Positions 11,015 to 23,826 of a stretch of 64,000 nucleotides of DNA are shown here, piece after piece (within the stretch, counting starts at the first letter, position 1; every line of letters starts with the position of its first letter). Position numbers and translations under genes: made by a program. The notes under the pieces are model-generated. The model saw nothing but the letters and a program-made list of their open reading frames with translations, was not told where the DNA came from and ran no database searches. The stretch comes from Tubiluchus corallicola (Eukaryota; Animalia; Priapulida), in contig JAQGDQ010000350.1 of NCBI GenBank assembly GCA_030141605.1, forward strand, positions 185,489 to 249,488. Reading direction: 5' to 3'.

Positions 11015-14000
11015 TTAACTGTAATAAAATACTGCATAAAATATACAAGTTGCCGCAGTTGTGTGAATTTCTGATGCTCTACTTCTTACAGATATTACCG
11101 TCGATTTGCAGACTTTACCATCCATGCATTCTGAATTTTTATGAAAATATTTCACTTCGTCGATCCAATTCAAATAGTAGGAGACTTTAACCATCACAGA
11201 TATTACTTTAAAACAATCATAGCGTCCATTCTCATTGCTATCCAATCCTATTATAGTCGATAATACACCAATTACCTGACGTCGGTTTTTCCAAATGACT
11301 GGTCCACCTATATCACCCTACAAATGAATGAAAGATATTACAGCCAGTTGTAATCATTGTCACGTGACACACGTCAAAATAGATAAATTCGCCTATAAAC
11401 AGACGAAAGTTATTATAGACCACTGTAATCACGGACACTTATCTTCCTGTCTAACGAATTTAAGTAATGAACTAAAGAAGACAATATGGGGGTAAAAAAA
11501 TTATCAAGCTGATAATTAAATTTAGCAATAAGCTGGTGATTAACAAGGTAGTGAATAAAAGAGGCGAATAGTGACAATTTTCACGCTAATTAATTAAATC
11601 CAAAAATTTTGATGATTATCGAACTAATGAATTAAATAAAGCATACTGGTGATTAATTAAACTATTGAATTAAAGTCAAGAATATTGGTGGTTAATTAAA
11701 CCAATGGATTGAGTCAAGTATAGTATGTATAACACAGCGCTACTTTGGTGCCACTTTGGACAGCAGAGGGCCATTACGCTTGCATCAGTTAGAATGCATG
11801 CCCTTGTAAAGGTAAATTTCATGCATTTGATGTGGATAACTACACCTGGATAAGAAAATTATGGGGGATGAAGATAATAACAAAATTGTTACGCCAAAAC
11901 CAAAGATTTTCTACACATTTTTGAGATATTTTGCAGAAAAACTGCCAGTTTTTATCCTTTGTCTTTGTCACATTACAGGTTGCAGTATGGAAATTGACTC
12001 AGCGATTTACTTTACCTTTTTCTTAATTCTTTAGCATTAATATAGGCATGCAATCCTAGACAGATCTAATCATTTGTCAGTTGCAAGGAAACAGGATATC
12101 GTAAGAACTTTTCTAAAGTTATTTTGTTAAACTTCATTAACTTGTTAAAGTCCAGATGTTTATTAGTTAAATGAGTTTGTTTCCCTGTCCTAACTTCTTG
12201 TGGACAATTTCCTACTGATACAACTATGATAGAACACGTAATTGCATATACATTGCATCTTAGGTTCCTTTAGGTTATGTATTACAGATCACACTTAAGC
12301 ATATTAACTTCAAATAGGCATCTCCTTTTAATTATCAATTCTGTCACAATTTCACACATTGAGGTTCAATATTGTTTTTGGTTACCGAAAAAGTTGGAAC
12401 TTAACCTGGGTAATCACTCGGATTTTTTTCAAAAATAATACACCGGGCAAAGTAACGATTTATAAATCAGAATATGATGGTCTCAACAAAAACTCATTTT
12501 TTCAACTCCTATGAGTAGTAATAGTATAGTTTTGTTGTTTACACTTACATGAGTAAATTTCCTCATGTACATGCGTTTATACATGAGCGTTTTATACTTA
12601 AATTAATAGTATGGTTCTATTTTATGCTTATGCTAGTAGCATTCTGTGTTGTTTAAATGTTGATAGGTAGTATTGTTTTACTGGTTGTTAAATGAAAACA
12701 ATAGTATGTCTACGCTACTGGAAACAGTATACTTACATAAGTAGTACAGCGCGATTCATGGCGTGCGCAAAAAACAACTGGCGGCCTCGAGTAATATGGC
12801 TCGCATGTGTAATTATTCGCAATTAAAAGAGCTTTTTGTAAATTATCTTGTATTGGCAAATCTGAAAGAAAAGTAAAATTCTAAGCATATAAGCTTAATG
12901 AGTGATATATCAAACGTCATAAACCAAACGGGAAAGAAGTTGTAGAAAAAATATGTTACAAATAGAATGCATGTTTGCATATGTTTGTTTACACAATCTT
13001 TCCTGAACCTATTTGCCTCTTATATTATTCCACATTATGATTTGCTTTGATACTTAATTATTAGTTGGTCCCTTCCATCTATTTGAATTTTGCGTACCAC
13101 GGTCAAGCTCGCCCCATCCCACGACAGTAATTCCTTGTCCAACATAATGGTGAACGTCACAAACTGGTAGTGGTGCAGGTTGAATATCGCTGGTAAACTT
13201 CACTCGTTCATTCATTCTCAAAAGGGCTATGTCATTACGCGGGCCACGTGAAAAATTAAAAGCAGGATGCACTTTGAACCAAGCCACCTGTAAAAATACT
13301 TAACTAAACTTTGTACAACTTAGTGAATTAATCAATCAAATAGCCGTCCAATTATCTCACTCAAAGAGATTTTTAACTGTTTTTTTCTTTATTTAGTTTA
13401 TTACTTTATTTTATTTCCACAATGCCAATAAAAAACAGCATTGTTATAATTTGCAAAGAGGAAGTTATGTTAGTACAACAAATAAACAAAATTTAAATTC
13501 ATAATAAATTGATATAACGGCTCAGTGATAATGCATTACTAAATCTTATGGTTTACATCAAAGATCAATTGTTATAACAAATTTGTTGTGGAAAGAATTG
13601 ATGGCTGAAAAAATGCGTCACTAAGATATATGTATGCATTGGGGTGGCTGTGGTGTGGTGTGGTGTTATGGTGTGTTGTTGTGTGGTGCGGTTTAATGTG
13701 ATGGATGTGGTGTGGTTTGGCGTGGGGTGATGAAAGAGATGTGGTGTGGTCAGGTGAGGTGACGTTAATATGGAATACAATTTAAAATTATACAAATTTT
13801 ACTTGCTTGTACGAACTAATCCAGAAAAAAATTGAAATTTAACTTCTGTTGATTATTTGAACACAAATTGATTGAAACAAAAACACAGCATGAACATATT
13901 TGAAGATTTTGGTAGTTCTTTACTAGCTTTAAACATAAGAAATTGATTTACATAACCTGATTATGTGTTTATAAGTATGTGTGAGCAAGGAAAGAGTGTA

Positions 14001-17000
14001 TAGGTGTAGCTTTTGTATTGTACACAAATGTATACATATCATAATAATGTATATAGCAGATACTATTTATATTATAATAGTGTAGATGTGGCTTTTGTAT
14101 TGCATACAAATGTATATTTACATCATAATAGTGCATGGGCAACGCTTACCCAACGAGTTATTGTCGGTTGAGAGAGTATATTGCTTCCCAGATGTATTTG
14201 CAAATGTTCTCCTGGAGTTTCACTGCAAAACGACAATTTTGTGTTACTTTTAAAATTCTAAACTTGTTTTTCAAGATGGACGTTGTAGATTAGATAAACC
14301 AATTCGTACTACACGAATTATTATCTACACAAAATGTTGTTTATCAAGCATAATTATGACACAAAACCCACCCTCACAGCAACTATAAATTATTACATTA
14401 CGTTACCTAAAAAGACACTCTGTTACTACGATATTCCGATTTGCTGCAAACTATTTATAATTAATTCGGATATAAGAGATACCTGGGCACAGATACTTGT
14501 ATTCATAATACTTATATTCATGTTGTAAAATACACTTTTGAGTTTTATCGATCAAGGAATACACCATTACATAAATGTCTTTTCCTGCTAGAGCAAATAT
14601 TCTTGTTAGAAATTTTTTATTTTCCATTAAAGATGTTAATACACAATGGTTTAAGACCTATTGCGCAAGCATCTATGGTATTGTGGAGAAACTACAATAC
14701 CAATATTATTAAAGAATGGAAGGCTAGTTCGTAGGAAGGAACATTCCTAGTTGTGAGCGCTCACAAGCGCATAAGTTAAATGCTTGTAAAATTATCGAAT
14801 CGTAATTTTTGTTAACTGCTTTGGTAATTGTTTAATAAAAGCTATCATCACTGTTACTGCTTTTGTTGAATTACTTTGCTGAATTGGAAGTAATTGTAAG
14901 TGTATTCTCGTTAAAGACGCTATCTGCTTCAGGAAACTAGAGTATTCACATTGAAATGGCTTATTGCGGGAGCCAGCTTGATAACTCGAGAGATAAAGAT
15001 CTATTTCACAATGCGTATTTCGTGGTTCAAGGTCGTGTGGGAAATTATCATTGCCCTATAGATCAAACCTAAGCTCTCGGAGTCGGGCAATTAATCGATC
15101 ACAAATTAATTGTCTTAAAGAAATGAATTAATGAATTAATGAATGTGGATTAATGAAATAAGTCATTAGTATAAAAGTTAAATCGACAGTACCTTTACGT
15201 ACTTTCTTATGAATACACTTGGCGGGGCTTTGTGCAACAACAGCTTATGGTTGCATTAGCTGCATTAGCAAACTAAGCCACAGATAAAATGCATATATAC
15301 GTTAACGACTGTAAGCAGTAAAGGAAAGCTGCTTTAAATAGTGATTTTGAACAGGTGAAAAATTATTAAATTAATCATTCAAGGTTAAATGGTTGACGAT
15401 GTAAGAGTAAATTATCGTCGTGGATAGAAGCCCAGCCAGGTGTTGCATAGCACATTATCAGCTGATGTTCGTCCGGCAACTCAGAAGTAAAGATCAATGA
15501 TGTAATAATTATGCGCAGAAGCTCATGGCGCATTAGGAGTTCGACAATAGTGCTTTGAGGCCCGCACCTCGGGGGAGATTAGGAACAGACGTTAAGACGG
15601 AGAGCTGGCATTACCATCCTCTTATATTTACCGTGTTGTGTTTAATATTTAATAAATGCGTAGTTTATTAAATAAAGTCTTGATAGTTCGCCATGCTCAT
15701 TGTGGCTACCTCCCGCACCACACAATAAACAACAACAATCAGCAAGCAGCTTTATCCACTATAATAAACAGACTTTAACGCACTTTCTACACCAATTATT
15801 TTACTTAAGCTTACATGCTTACTCAAAAACGCAACGAGCCGCCGTCATGATCCACATATTATCGATGAGAGTTCCACCACAATGAGGTTTATTCCGTACT
15901 ACAAGACCAACCTTTAGGTAAAAAAATTACAAAACAAGTGATACAAATTACCCGCGCTTATTTTCTGTGATTAAAAATGATTATAAATATTTCTGTTGCA
16001 GAAAAGTGAGATGTTCCTAGTTTGTTTACTTCTACTGAAAGCATAAAAATGACCAGAATAACTGCTACACCTCAGATGTACTTCATGCACTAATGAGAAT
16101 ATTCATCCTCAGTCTTTATAAACCACGTCAAACAGATGCTTACTCAAAACTAAAATGAATGCAGCATAGCCTGCAATTGAAATTGAGTTTGGTGGCAGTA
16201 TTGGATTTTCTAAAATGCGGATGCTGCCAATACTTGCGCCCTAGTTTAACTGCATGCTGGCCAGAAAAAGCGGATCTCTTCAAACTCTTATTTTGGTTAC
16301 AAAAACAGATTATTAAAAATTCAATATGGCAGCATGAGGGAACTTTCACTTGGTTTTGTGTAGACACAGAATTGTTGCTTGCTGATCAATATTGAATTAA
16401 AGCCTGTCTTAATCATTAGGATGTGGCTTGCAGACGTTGCCAGGAATTGCAATCTGCAAGTATGGCATTCAAATCTAGGTTCACTCTACACTTTTTCTTT
16501 ATTTTTGTGTTTAGTCCATTTCAATAATCATGAACTAATTTCAACTAGCTGAAACAACATCCAAGATAACTGGGATTATAGCAACCGGTCAGCTAATATG
16601 TCTTGTCTAAACCCTCGGTAAAGCAGGAACTTTGAATTTGCAAAGTAACAGCCTTATGGAAGCATTATTATTGACGTTTATTATTAACTTTTCTGTATAA
16701 ACAGAAGTTAGTGGTTTCCTACTTACTTGTTCAATAATTTTCGTGCGTTGAATTTCTCATTGAATTCTACATTCCTATATGAAAAGGATAACACGAAATT
16801 TCAGTTTTTGGGAAAATAACTCATTTGATATGCATACCACAAACGGAAATTCCCTCCCAATTACATCCTGTCCTCCTCGAATTCTTGGTTCAGCTGTCAA
16901 ATTGGCAACTAAAAAACAATAAAACAGGCAACAGAGTGCAAATCATACCTTCACCAGATGTTGTTACATTTGTGATCTTTGATGGCGTCTTTAATTCGTC

Positions 17001-17462
17001 AATAAAATAAAATAAATAGCATATACGCATGCGCATTAGATACACAAATTTTTTATTCTAAATTATTTTATGTAGATCAGGGGAGGAAGTAGATGAAAGT
17101 TGAGTCTGTGTAATTAATTTTAGATGCATTTGAAACCTGTTACTGATTCTCTTTAATTTCTTTTTAAACTGGTGGAGAGATTTTACTTTTTTTATTTCAA
17201 TTCCTTGTTAATAAGGCTTAAGCAACAACGTCTTACCCAATTGTAACCACGCAGTGCATCACAGCTGTAATGGACGAATTATTATCCAGGATCTTCATTG
17301 GGTAAATGAGTTTGTCTTATACAGATTATTTAAAAGTTACTGAGACTAACCTTCGTTAAGTGAACCATTGGCAGTTGTAGAACGTGGAACTGATGCAGAA
17401 ATACATTGGTCAAACCAAAACCATGTAGTACACACTAACGAAAGTAAAGCAGCTGGTTTCAT
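11015..17462 (-). CDS. Serine protease homolog, copy 2 (non-catalytic; possibly a pseudogene)
   Basis: Exons 17351-17462 (signal peptide), 16838-16908 (PR/IRGGQDVIGREFPFV), 15823-15911 (CGGTLIDNMWIMTAARCVF), 14150-14222, 13098-13287 (NDIALLR...VVGWG), a damaged exon starting near 11845, and 11015-11317 (GDIGGPVIWKNRRQVIGVLS...KVSYYLNWIDEV...). Confidence 0.75.
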
Positions 17463-17706
17463 CTATGGCTCACAGACAAGACCACATTCCTGAAAATGAT
17501 AATAAAAAAAGATTAATAATGTGCCTGCAACATTGAAGAAACTGGCATAATGATTCCAAATAATATTACCTAGTTTGGAATCATTAATACTTACTGACCA
17601 AATCAAACCAAAAACAAGATGTACACACTAGCGAAAGTAAAGCAGCAGATATTAAAACTGACTAGACTACATTCCTGAAAATGATAATCAAAAATAATAA
17701 ATAATC

Positions 17707-18022
17707 TTGCTCTCTCTCTCTCTCTGTCAGTCTCTCTCCCTCTTTCTCTCTCAGCTCCCTCTCTCGCTCTCTTTCTCTCTCTCTATGTCTCTTTCTTTCT
17801 CTCACTTTGTCTGTCTCTCTCTTCCTCTTTCACTCTCAGCTCTCTCTCTCTCCTCTCCCTCTTTGTCTCTCTCTCTCTCTCTCTCTCGCTCTCTTTCTTT
17901 CTCTCTCAGATCTTTCTCTCTGTCCCTCTCTTTCTCTCTCTCTCGCGCTCTCTTTCTCTCTCTCTCTCTCGCTCAACTTCTCTCTCTCTCTTTCTCTCTC
18001 TCCCTCCCTCTCTTTCTCTCTT

Positions 18023-18061
<39 letters not shown>

Positions 18062-18148
18062 TACTCTCTTACACTTTTTCTCTTACACTCTTTCTCTCTC
18101 TTTCTCCTGATCTCTCCCTCTTGCTTTCTCTCTCTCGCTTGCTCTCTT

Positions 18149-18192
<44 letters not shown>

Positions 18193-18358
18193 TCTCTCTC
18201 TTTGTCTGTCTCTCTCTCCCTCTTTCTCTCTGAGTTCTCTCTCCTCTCTCTCTCTCTTTCTCTCTCTATGTCTCTATGTCTCTTTCTCTCTCTCTCTCTT
18301 TCTCTTGGTCTGTCTCTCTCTCTCTTTATCTGTCTCTCTCTCCCTCTTTCTCTCTCAG

Positions 18359-18401
<43 letters not shown>

Positions 18402-18546
18402 ATCTGTCTCTCTCTCCCTCTTTCTCTCTTAGCTCTCTCTCCTCTGTATCTCTTTCTCTCTCTCTCGCGCTCTTTTTCCTTCTCTTTCGCTCTCTTTCTC
18501 TCTATCTTGCTCTCTTTCTCTCTCTCTCTCTCTTTCTCTCTATCTA

Positions 18547-18580
<34 letters not shown>

Positions 18581-18602
18581 GCTTTCTCTGTCTCTCCCTC
18601 TT
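17707..18602. repeat. (CT)n-rich imperfect microsatellite block
   Basis: About 900 bp of near-pure pyrimidines on the + strand. Confidence 0.95.
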
Positions 18603-19028
18603 TTTAAAAATGACTCATAATACTGCCTAGCTACAACTGTGTTCAATCCTCTTAATCTTTAAAATAAATCAATAGTTCATAAAGTGTCTAGTAATTAAAA
18701 TATCACTCACCCAAGCGGCAGTCAGTGCAAAAGAAATCTGCAAAAACAAAAAGGAAAGAAAAACACACACAAGTATATATGAACAATAAAATAAATAAAT
18801 TAAAATAATGATAACAAAAATTGCAGATCTCTTTCTTCGATTCACGTTCAAGTTTACACGCTGAAAGTATAAACCAGAATGACACTTCTTTGCACGAAGC
18901 CTTCCAAACTCGCGTAGTCTTGGAAACGCAAACGCGTCTTGAAAACAATGGGCGACTGTCATTGTACTGCGTCTATAGTTTTAATAACTTCCCAACCTTA
19001 CATATATTATGCTATGAAAAATTTGAAA

Positions 19029-19371
19029 ACTCTCTCTCTCTCACTCTGTTTCTCTCTCTCTCCCTCTTTCTCCTACCAACATTCACACAGTTACTCTATC
19101 ACATTCTTTGCGAAAATATATATCCAGTGCATGCTAAAACTTTTTATAAATTATGCAAATATTCACTAAACACATCTTTCTCTCTCTCTCTCTCTCTCTT
19201 GCTCTCTCTTTCTCTCGCTCTCTTTCTCTCTCTTTCTTTCTTCTCTCTCTCTTTCTTTCTGTCTCTCTGTCTTTCTCTCGCTCTCTTTCTCTCTCTCTCT
19301 TTCTTTATCTCTCTCTTTCTTTCTGTCTCTCTCTCTTTCTTTCTGTCTCGCTCGCTCTCTCTCTCTCTCTT

Positions 19372-19445
<74 letters not shown>
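19029..19445. repeat. (CT)n-rich microsatellite block (interrupted)
   Basis: Read directly. Confidence 0.9.
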
Positions 19446-19448
<3 letters not shown>

Positions 19449-20460
19449 ACGTAGTTTTGTGTAGTTTTCGAGCAACAACGGCTCTGATAAATGGTGACAA
19501 AAATGTTCATTTAGAGAGAAAGGTAATTAAAACAAGTGTTAAGTAATTGTGCGTCTTGTTGTGGACATTACTTTGGTATTATTAGATATGCTGTAAGTGG
19601 AGCGGTTTTGTATTTATTTGAAAAAAAACCTATACTAGAAATAGCCATAATCATAATTAATTACAAGAACCACATGGTCAAACGGGTTTGGCCATTCTTA
19701 ATTGCCGCCATTCTCGCCACGGCCGATTGGGATTGGTCTTTATTCCATAATGACTCTGTTAACGTGCGTTTTGTGTAGACGGAAGTATCCGGACGCTACA
19801 ACAAGAATTGAATTTGGCTATTTGATCCTGTGCAGCAAAGGTTATTGTGAGAGAATTTCAGAAAGTAATGGTACAGTTGCACCAGTACCTTTTACTAGCA
19901 GCAATCAAGATGATCTAAGTGATAAGAGCAAGTTTGTTCATCTGCATAATGAGCTTAATTATTTTGCTCAAAATCAGTTAGAAGCAGGAGTAGCTTTTAC
20001 TGCCTACTGTCTCTTATTCATGACTTTTACACATGATTGGAGTAATGCATGTCTACTTGGAGACATTTTAATAATTGTAATATCTTAAAACTCAAAATTG
20101 CGCACAATGTGTCAAAAAGATTATTTTTCGGATATGCATATGATTACTGTGCTCGTGAGATGAGTGTTGAAATTCATGTGATGTATTTTGATGTATTACG
20201 TAGAAAATCTGTCTTAAGTTTAATGAAAAGATTTGATACTAGTGATAATTTAATGGGCCAGAAAATTTTAGTAAGCGATGCTAAATTTACTTCGCACAAA
20301 AGACAGCAATGGTGGAGACTATTATTGTAATTTTCATGTTTATCTAAGTTGGTGTGTGATTTGTTTGTATTGGGTTTTTGTTTTTATGATATTGTATGTT
20401 GTATATATGTAAATTATAATATGAACTAATGATTTAAATAAAGAACTAAATCAAAATCAA

Positions 20461-20645
20461 ATCTCTTTCTCTCTCTCTCGCTCCCCCTCTCTCTCTTTCT
20501 CTTGCTCTCTCTCCCTCTCTCTCTCTCTTGCTCCCTCTCTCTCGCTCTTTCTCTCTCTCTCTCTCTCTTTTTCTTTCTCACTTTCTTTCTTTCGCTCTCG
20601 CTCTCGATGCAAAGTCTGCACTCTTTCTTTCGCTCTCGCTCTCGA
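20461..20645. repeat. (CT)n-rich microsatellite block
   Basis: Read directly. Confidence 0.9.
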
Positions 20646-21179
20646 TGCAAAGTCTGCAGCACTTTATGATCAACCAATATTTTACTCATCAGAACATATA
20701 TTGCGGCGATCTGTGCAGTTTTATGTAGGGATTCCGTATTTCATGCAAGTGGTATGGGTTCGGTACTCGCACTGGGTATGATAATGTGTAAGTTTAAACC
20801 CAAGCCTTTTACCTTGTACAGGGAGAGTGTGTACACATTTGAATTGTTGCCGAGGTAGATCTGGTTTGTAGGCTAAATCTTAAAGGCATGCTCTTATAAT
20901 AAGTCACGCTTGCGTCACGTCACAATGTCTCTTTCGATCAGTGGGGCCTACCCATAACTGCCCTCTGGTGTACTGCGTATGTAAATACTAGCTTTTTCCT
21001 TTGCAAATACAATGCATTTCCTTATAAATACAATGCATATGTCTTTAAACTTAGACCTTGTTCTAAGCCGAGCAATTGGAAGAAGGAGGTTTAAATTCAG
21101 ATCCCTAACCCCCAGCACCAGTTAAAAAGGATGCAAGTAAAGCAATTCGTTTTAATGAATTTACAAAATGCTTTGGGAG

Positions 21180-21784
21180 TGTCACGGATTCCCGTGATTG
21201 AATTCTACTCTACAGCATTGTAAACTAGTTTATTCCGGTTCTATAACCTTTGCAAATTTATCTAGAGTGATTCAATTAGGTTAACCTTGAGTTAATCATA
21301 CGGGCTTCATTCCGAAGCTATAAATTCCTTCGTCACCATTGTACAGGTGAGCATTTGACGGTTGCTTTTCCTACAAGCAGACGTCAAATGGTCCGCCTAA
21401 TTCGTTAGGTGAATTTTTTTCCCCCTTTCTTTAATAGTTTTTTTTGGTTATGTGCTGATGTGTATCTATAATTAGATTTACTGCTGTTATAAGAAGTAAC
21501 TATGTAATTGCGACAAATCTTGTGAATTGAATAAACTTTATTTGGGTGGCCACTCCTTTTTAAACCAATGGTTATGCGGTTTTTGTTAAGAGTTAAAATT
21601 TAGTCTAAATTATGTTTCAGTAACAGCAAACCATTCTAATTATCAACTCGTAGACTTAAGCGTTATGCACCTTTCTCTATAAAAACCATACTAGACTATA
21701 TACACTTCCACGTAATTGTTTAATTAAGAACCAGGCCGACGTCTCTCCCACAAAACATTTATGAAAAAAAGAGCATTTTTCACA
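21180..21784 (+). repeat. 5' LTR of the BEL/Pao element
   Basis: tgtcacggattcccg...gagcatttttcaca; followed by tggtgcctcacaccgg (PBS-like, tRNA not assigned); contains tataaa and aataaa motifs. Confidence 0.9.
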
Positions 21785-22321
21785 TGGTGCCTCACACCGG
21801 TTTTGCTTAAATTAAATCCGTAAATATTTGAAGTGTGAGCACTTGCTAGGCTGCTTAAATTTTGCAAATTTTGCTGCTGTCCAAAAAGTTCTTTGCCCTC
21901 GGGAGGGTTTTTCATATTTTTATAGTCAGTTTTATAAATTATATGCGCTCGAGTCATTTAGTTTAGCGCTACTGATACAAATAAGCTGACGTTGATAAGA
22001 CCTGTAGAGAAGCACAAGGCTTACTATAATAGTAAGATATAACGCTATAACTTGAATCATACGTTTGTTGTATTCTTAATGGTAGCCTTTGGTATTGATT
22101 TTATGCTTCTCGTAAGGCACGTAATTTGTGACAGCAAAACTAAATATTGTAATTTCTACCTTTTATTTTCAGCCTAGCATAGTATATAGTCTGATAACAT
22201 ATTTTATTTTACAGCTTACTTCGCTGACAAATTTTTTCTACAGGTTTACGAGTTTAACTAGGACGTTTTGCTGTACAGCTTAAATCTAGGTCATTTTTGT
22301 TTATAGCTGTAGCATAGGCTC

Positions 22322-23628
22322 CAGGGCACTTTATTTATGACTTTAGTCATAAATTGCATAAATAGCTTATTTAATACTAATTTCAGATTTTATTTATGAC
22401 TATTTATGACGTGTCAAATTTTGATCAAAAATGCCATCCTGAGCTAAAAGAAATACATATTTTTAATCAGAATCTTGTATTTTGCCTTTCTTCGTTCTTC
22501 ATTACATTAAAATGTAATAAAAATGTCTACTTTCATCATTCCAAGGCCTGAAGTTTCTCGTATTGTTTTGCATGCAGGCATCCCTCCAGACTGAAATCCG
22601 TGATCGTGTTTATAATAATTATAGTATCGGTTTTAATTTGTTTAGGATGACCTATAAAATTACTGCTCATAAAAATCAATCTATTAATTAATTCGTACAG
22701 TCACAATTCGTAGCCACAATTAGTACAAGTAAATAATGTATTTTTTAAATATCGATTTTAAATTTAATGTTGGAAAATACTATTGGCTATTACATCTTTC
22801 TAGGGAACCGTCACGTATGTTTTCTAATTAAAATTACATTAAGCAAAATAACTAAACAAGAAAAACAGTTAAATTTTAATGACAATGAAGCAACAAATTC
22901 TCCCAAAGATAAAATATGCTCAAATTCTAGCAGACGGCATTATTCTTATTTCTTGAGGATGAGGCAGTAAGGCACGGGAAACGCTTGCGGCAAACTCGAG
23001 CTAAAACCTACACCCAAGCCATTGACTTACGCCGCTTAGGGGTAAGCATCGAAGTTCGGTTCGATTCGAATTCGAAAGTCACAAATTCGGTTCGATTCGA
23101 ATTCGCTTTCTGGTAGAGAATGCTCACCCCTAACGCCGCTAGGATGAGAAAGGCACTGAAATGAACGTGCAAAGAAAAGAATTAGAAGTGTAGATTTCTG
23201 TTATTGTGCAGAGCGTAGGTTTGAGGCGGCAGAACTTTAGGACATTAAAATAGGTAAGCTGTCTTTAATTCAAATTTTCGATGGAACGACAACGATTCTG
23301 TCGGTGCCTATTTATTTTTTCGCGGTAACGCGCTCATTTACTTTTTATTATTTAGGTTACTTCTAGACGAGTTAATGACAGATAAACGCATCAGTTAGAC
23401 AGTCTCAGTTACTGTGTTAGTCCACCAAACAGTCACGCGCAAGCTTCTTATGGACTGCCTGTGTGTGTGGGAGAGAGAGAGACGGTGGAAACAGTTTTCT
23501 GTACTGAATTTTTTGTTCCATTCATCGGGAAATGATTATTTTTCTTTCGTTATTTATGACAAATTTGAAATCTTATTTATGACTATTTATGACTATTTTG
23601 CAAGAAAAGTCATAAATAAAGTGCCCTG
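22322..23628. mobile_element. hAT-like non-autonomous DNA transposon inserted in the BEL leader
   Basis: 23-bp TIR cagggcactttatttatgacttt at both ends and subterminal tatttatgac repeats; clean 8-bp TSD not seen (agcatag occurs on both sides, offset). Confidence 0.75.
23037..23132. mobile_element. 96-bp hAT-type MITE nested in the previous element
   Basis: TIR taggggtaagcat / atgctcaccccta; perfect 8-bp TSD acgccgct; internal ttcggttcgattcgaattcg twice. Confidence 0.85.
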
Positions 23629-23826
23629 AGCATAGCGTACCGGCTCCAAGGTCAAAGGCTGGAAAAGGTCGCAGCGTTTATACAGCACATAACTAACTAG
23701 TACTAGAAATATTCATTTTTATTTGATTGCGTATAGTTTGTGTACCTTTTAAGGTTTGATAAAATTGATTGATTGTTAAACGTGATTGTTCATCTTGTGT
23801 CCTAATCCTATTACTTTACAGCATAC

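Noticed and set aside
15400-15724. Possible solo LTR (TG...CA with AATAAA) in a copy-2 intron
   Set aside because: No matching TSD and no second copy in the window; boundaries cannot be supported.
17707-20728. Long Leu/Ser-rich and Arg/Glu-rich ORFs
   Set aside because: Translations of (CT)n/(AG)n microsatellites.
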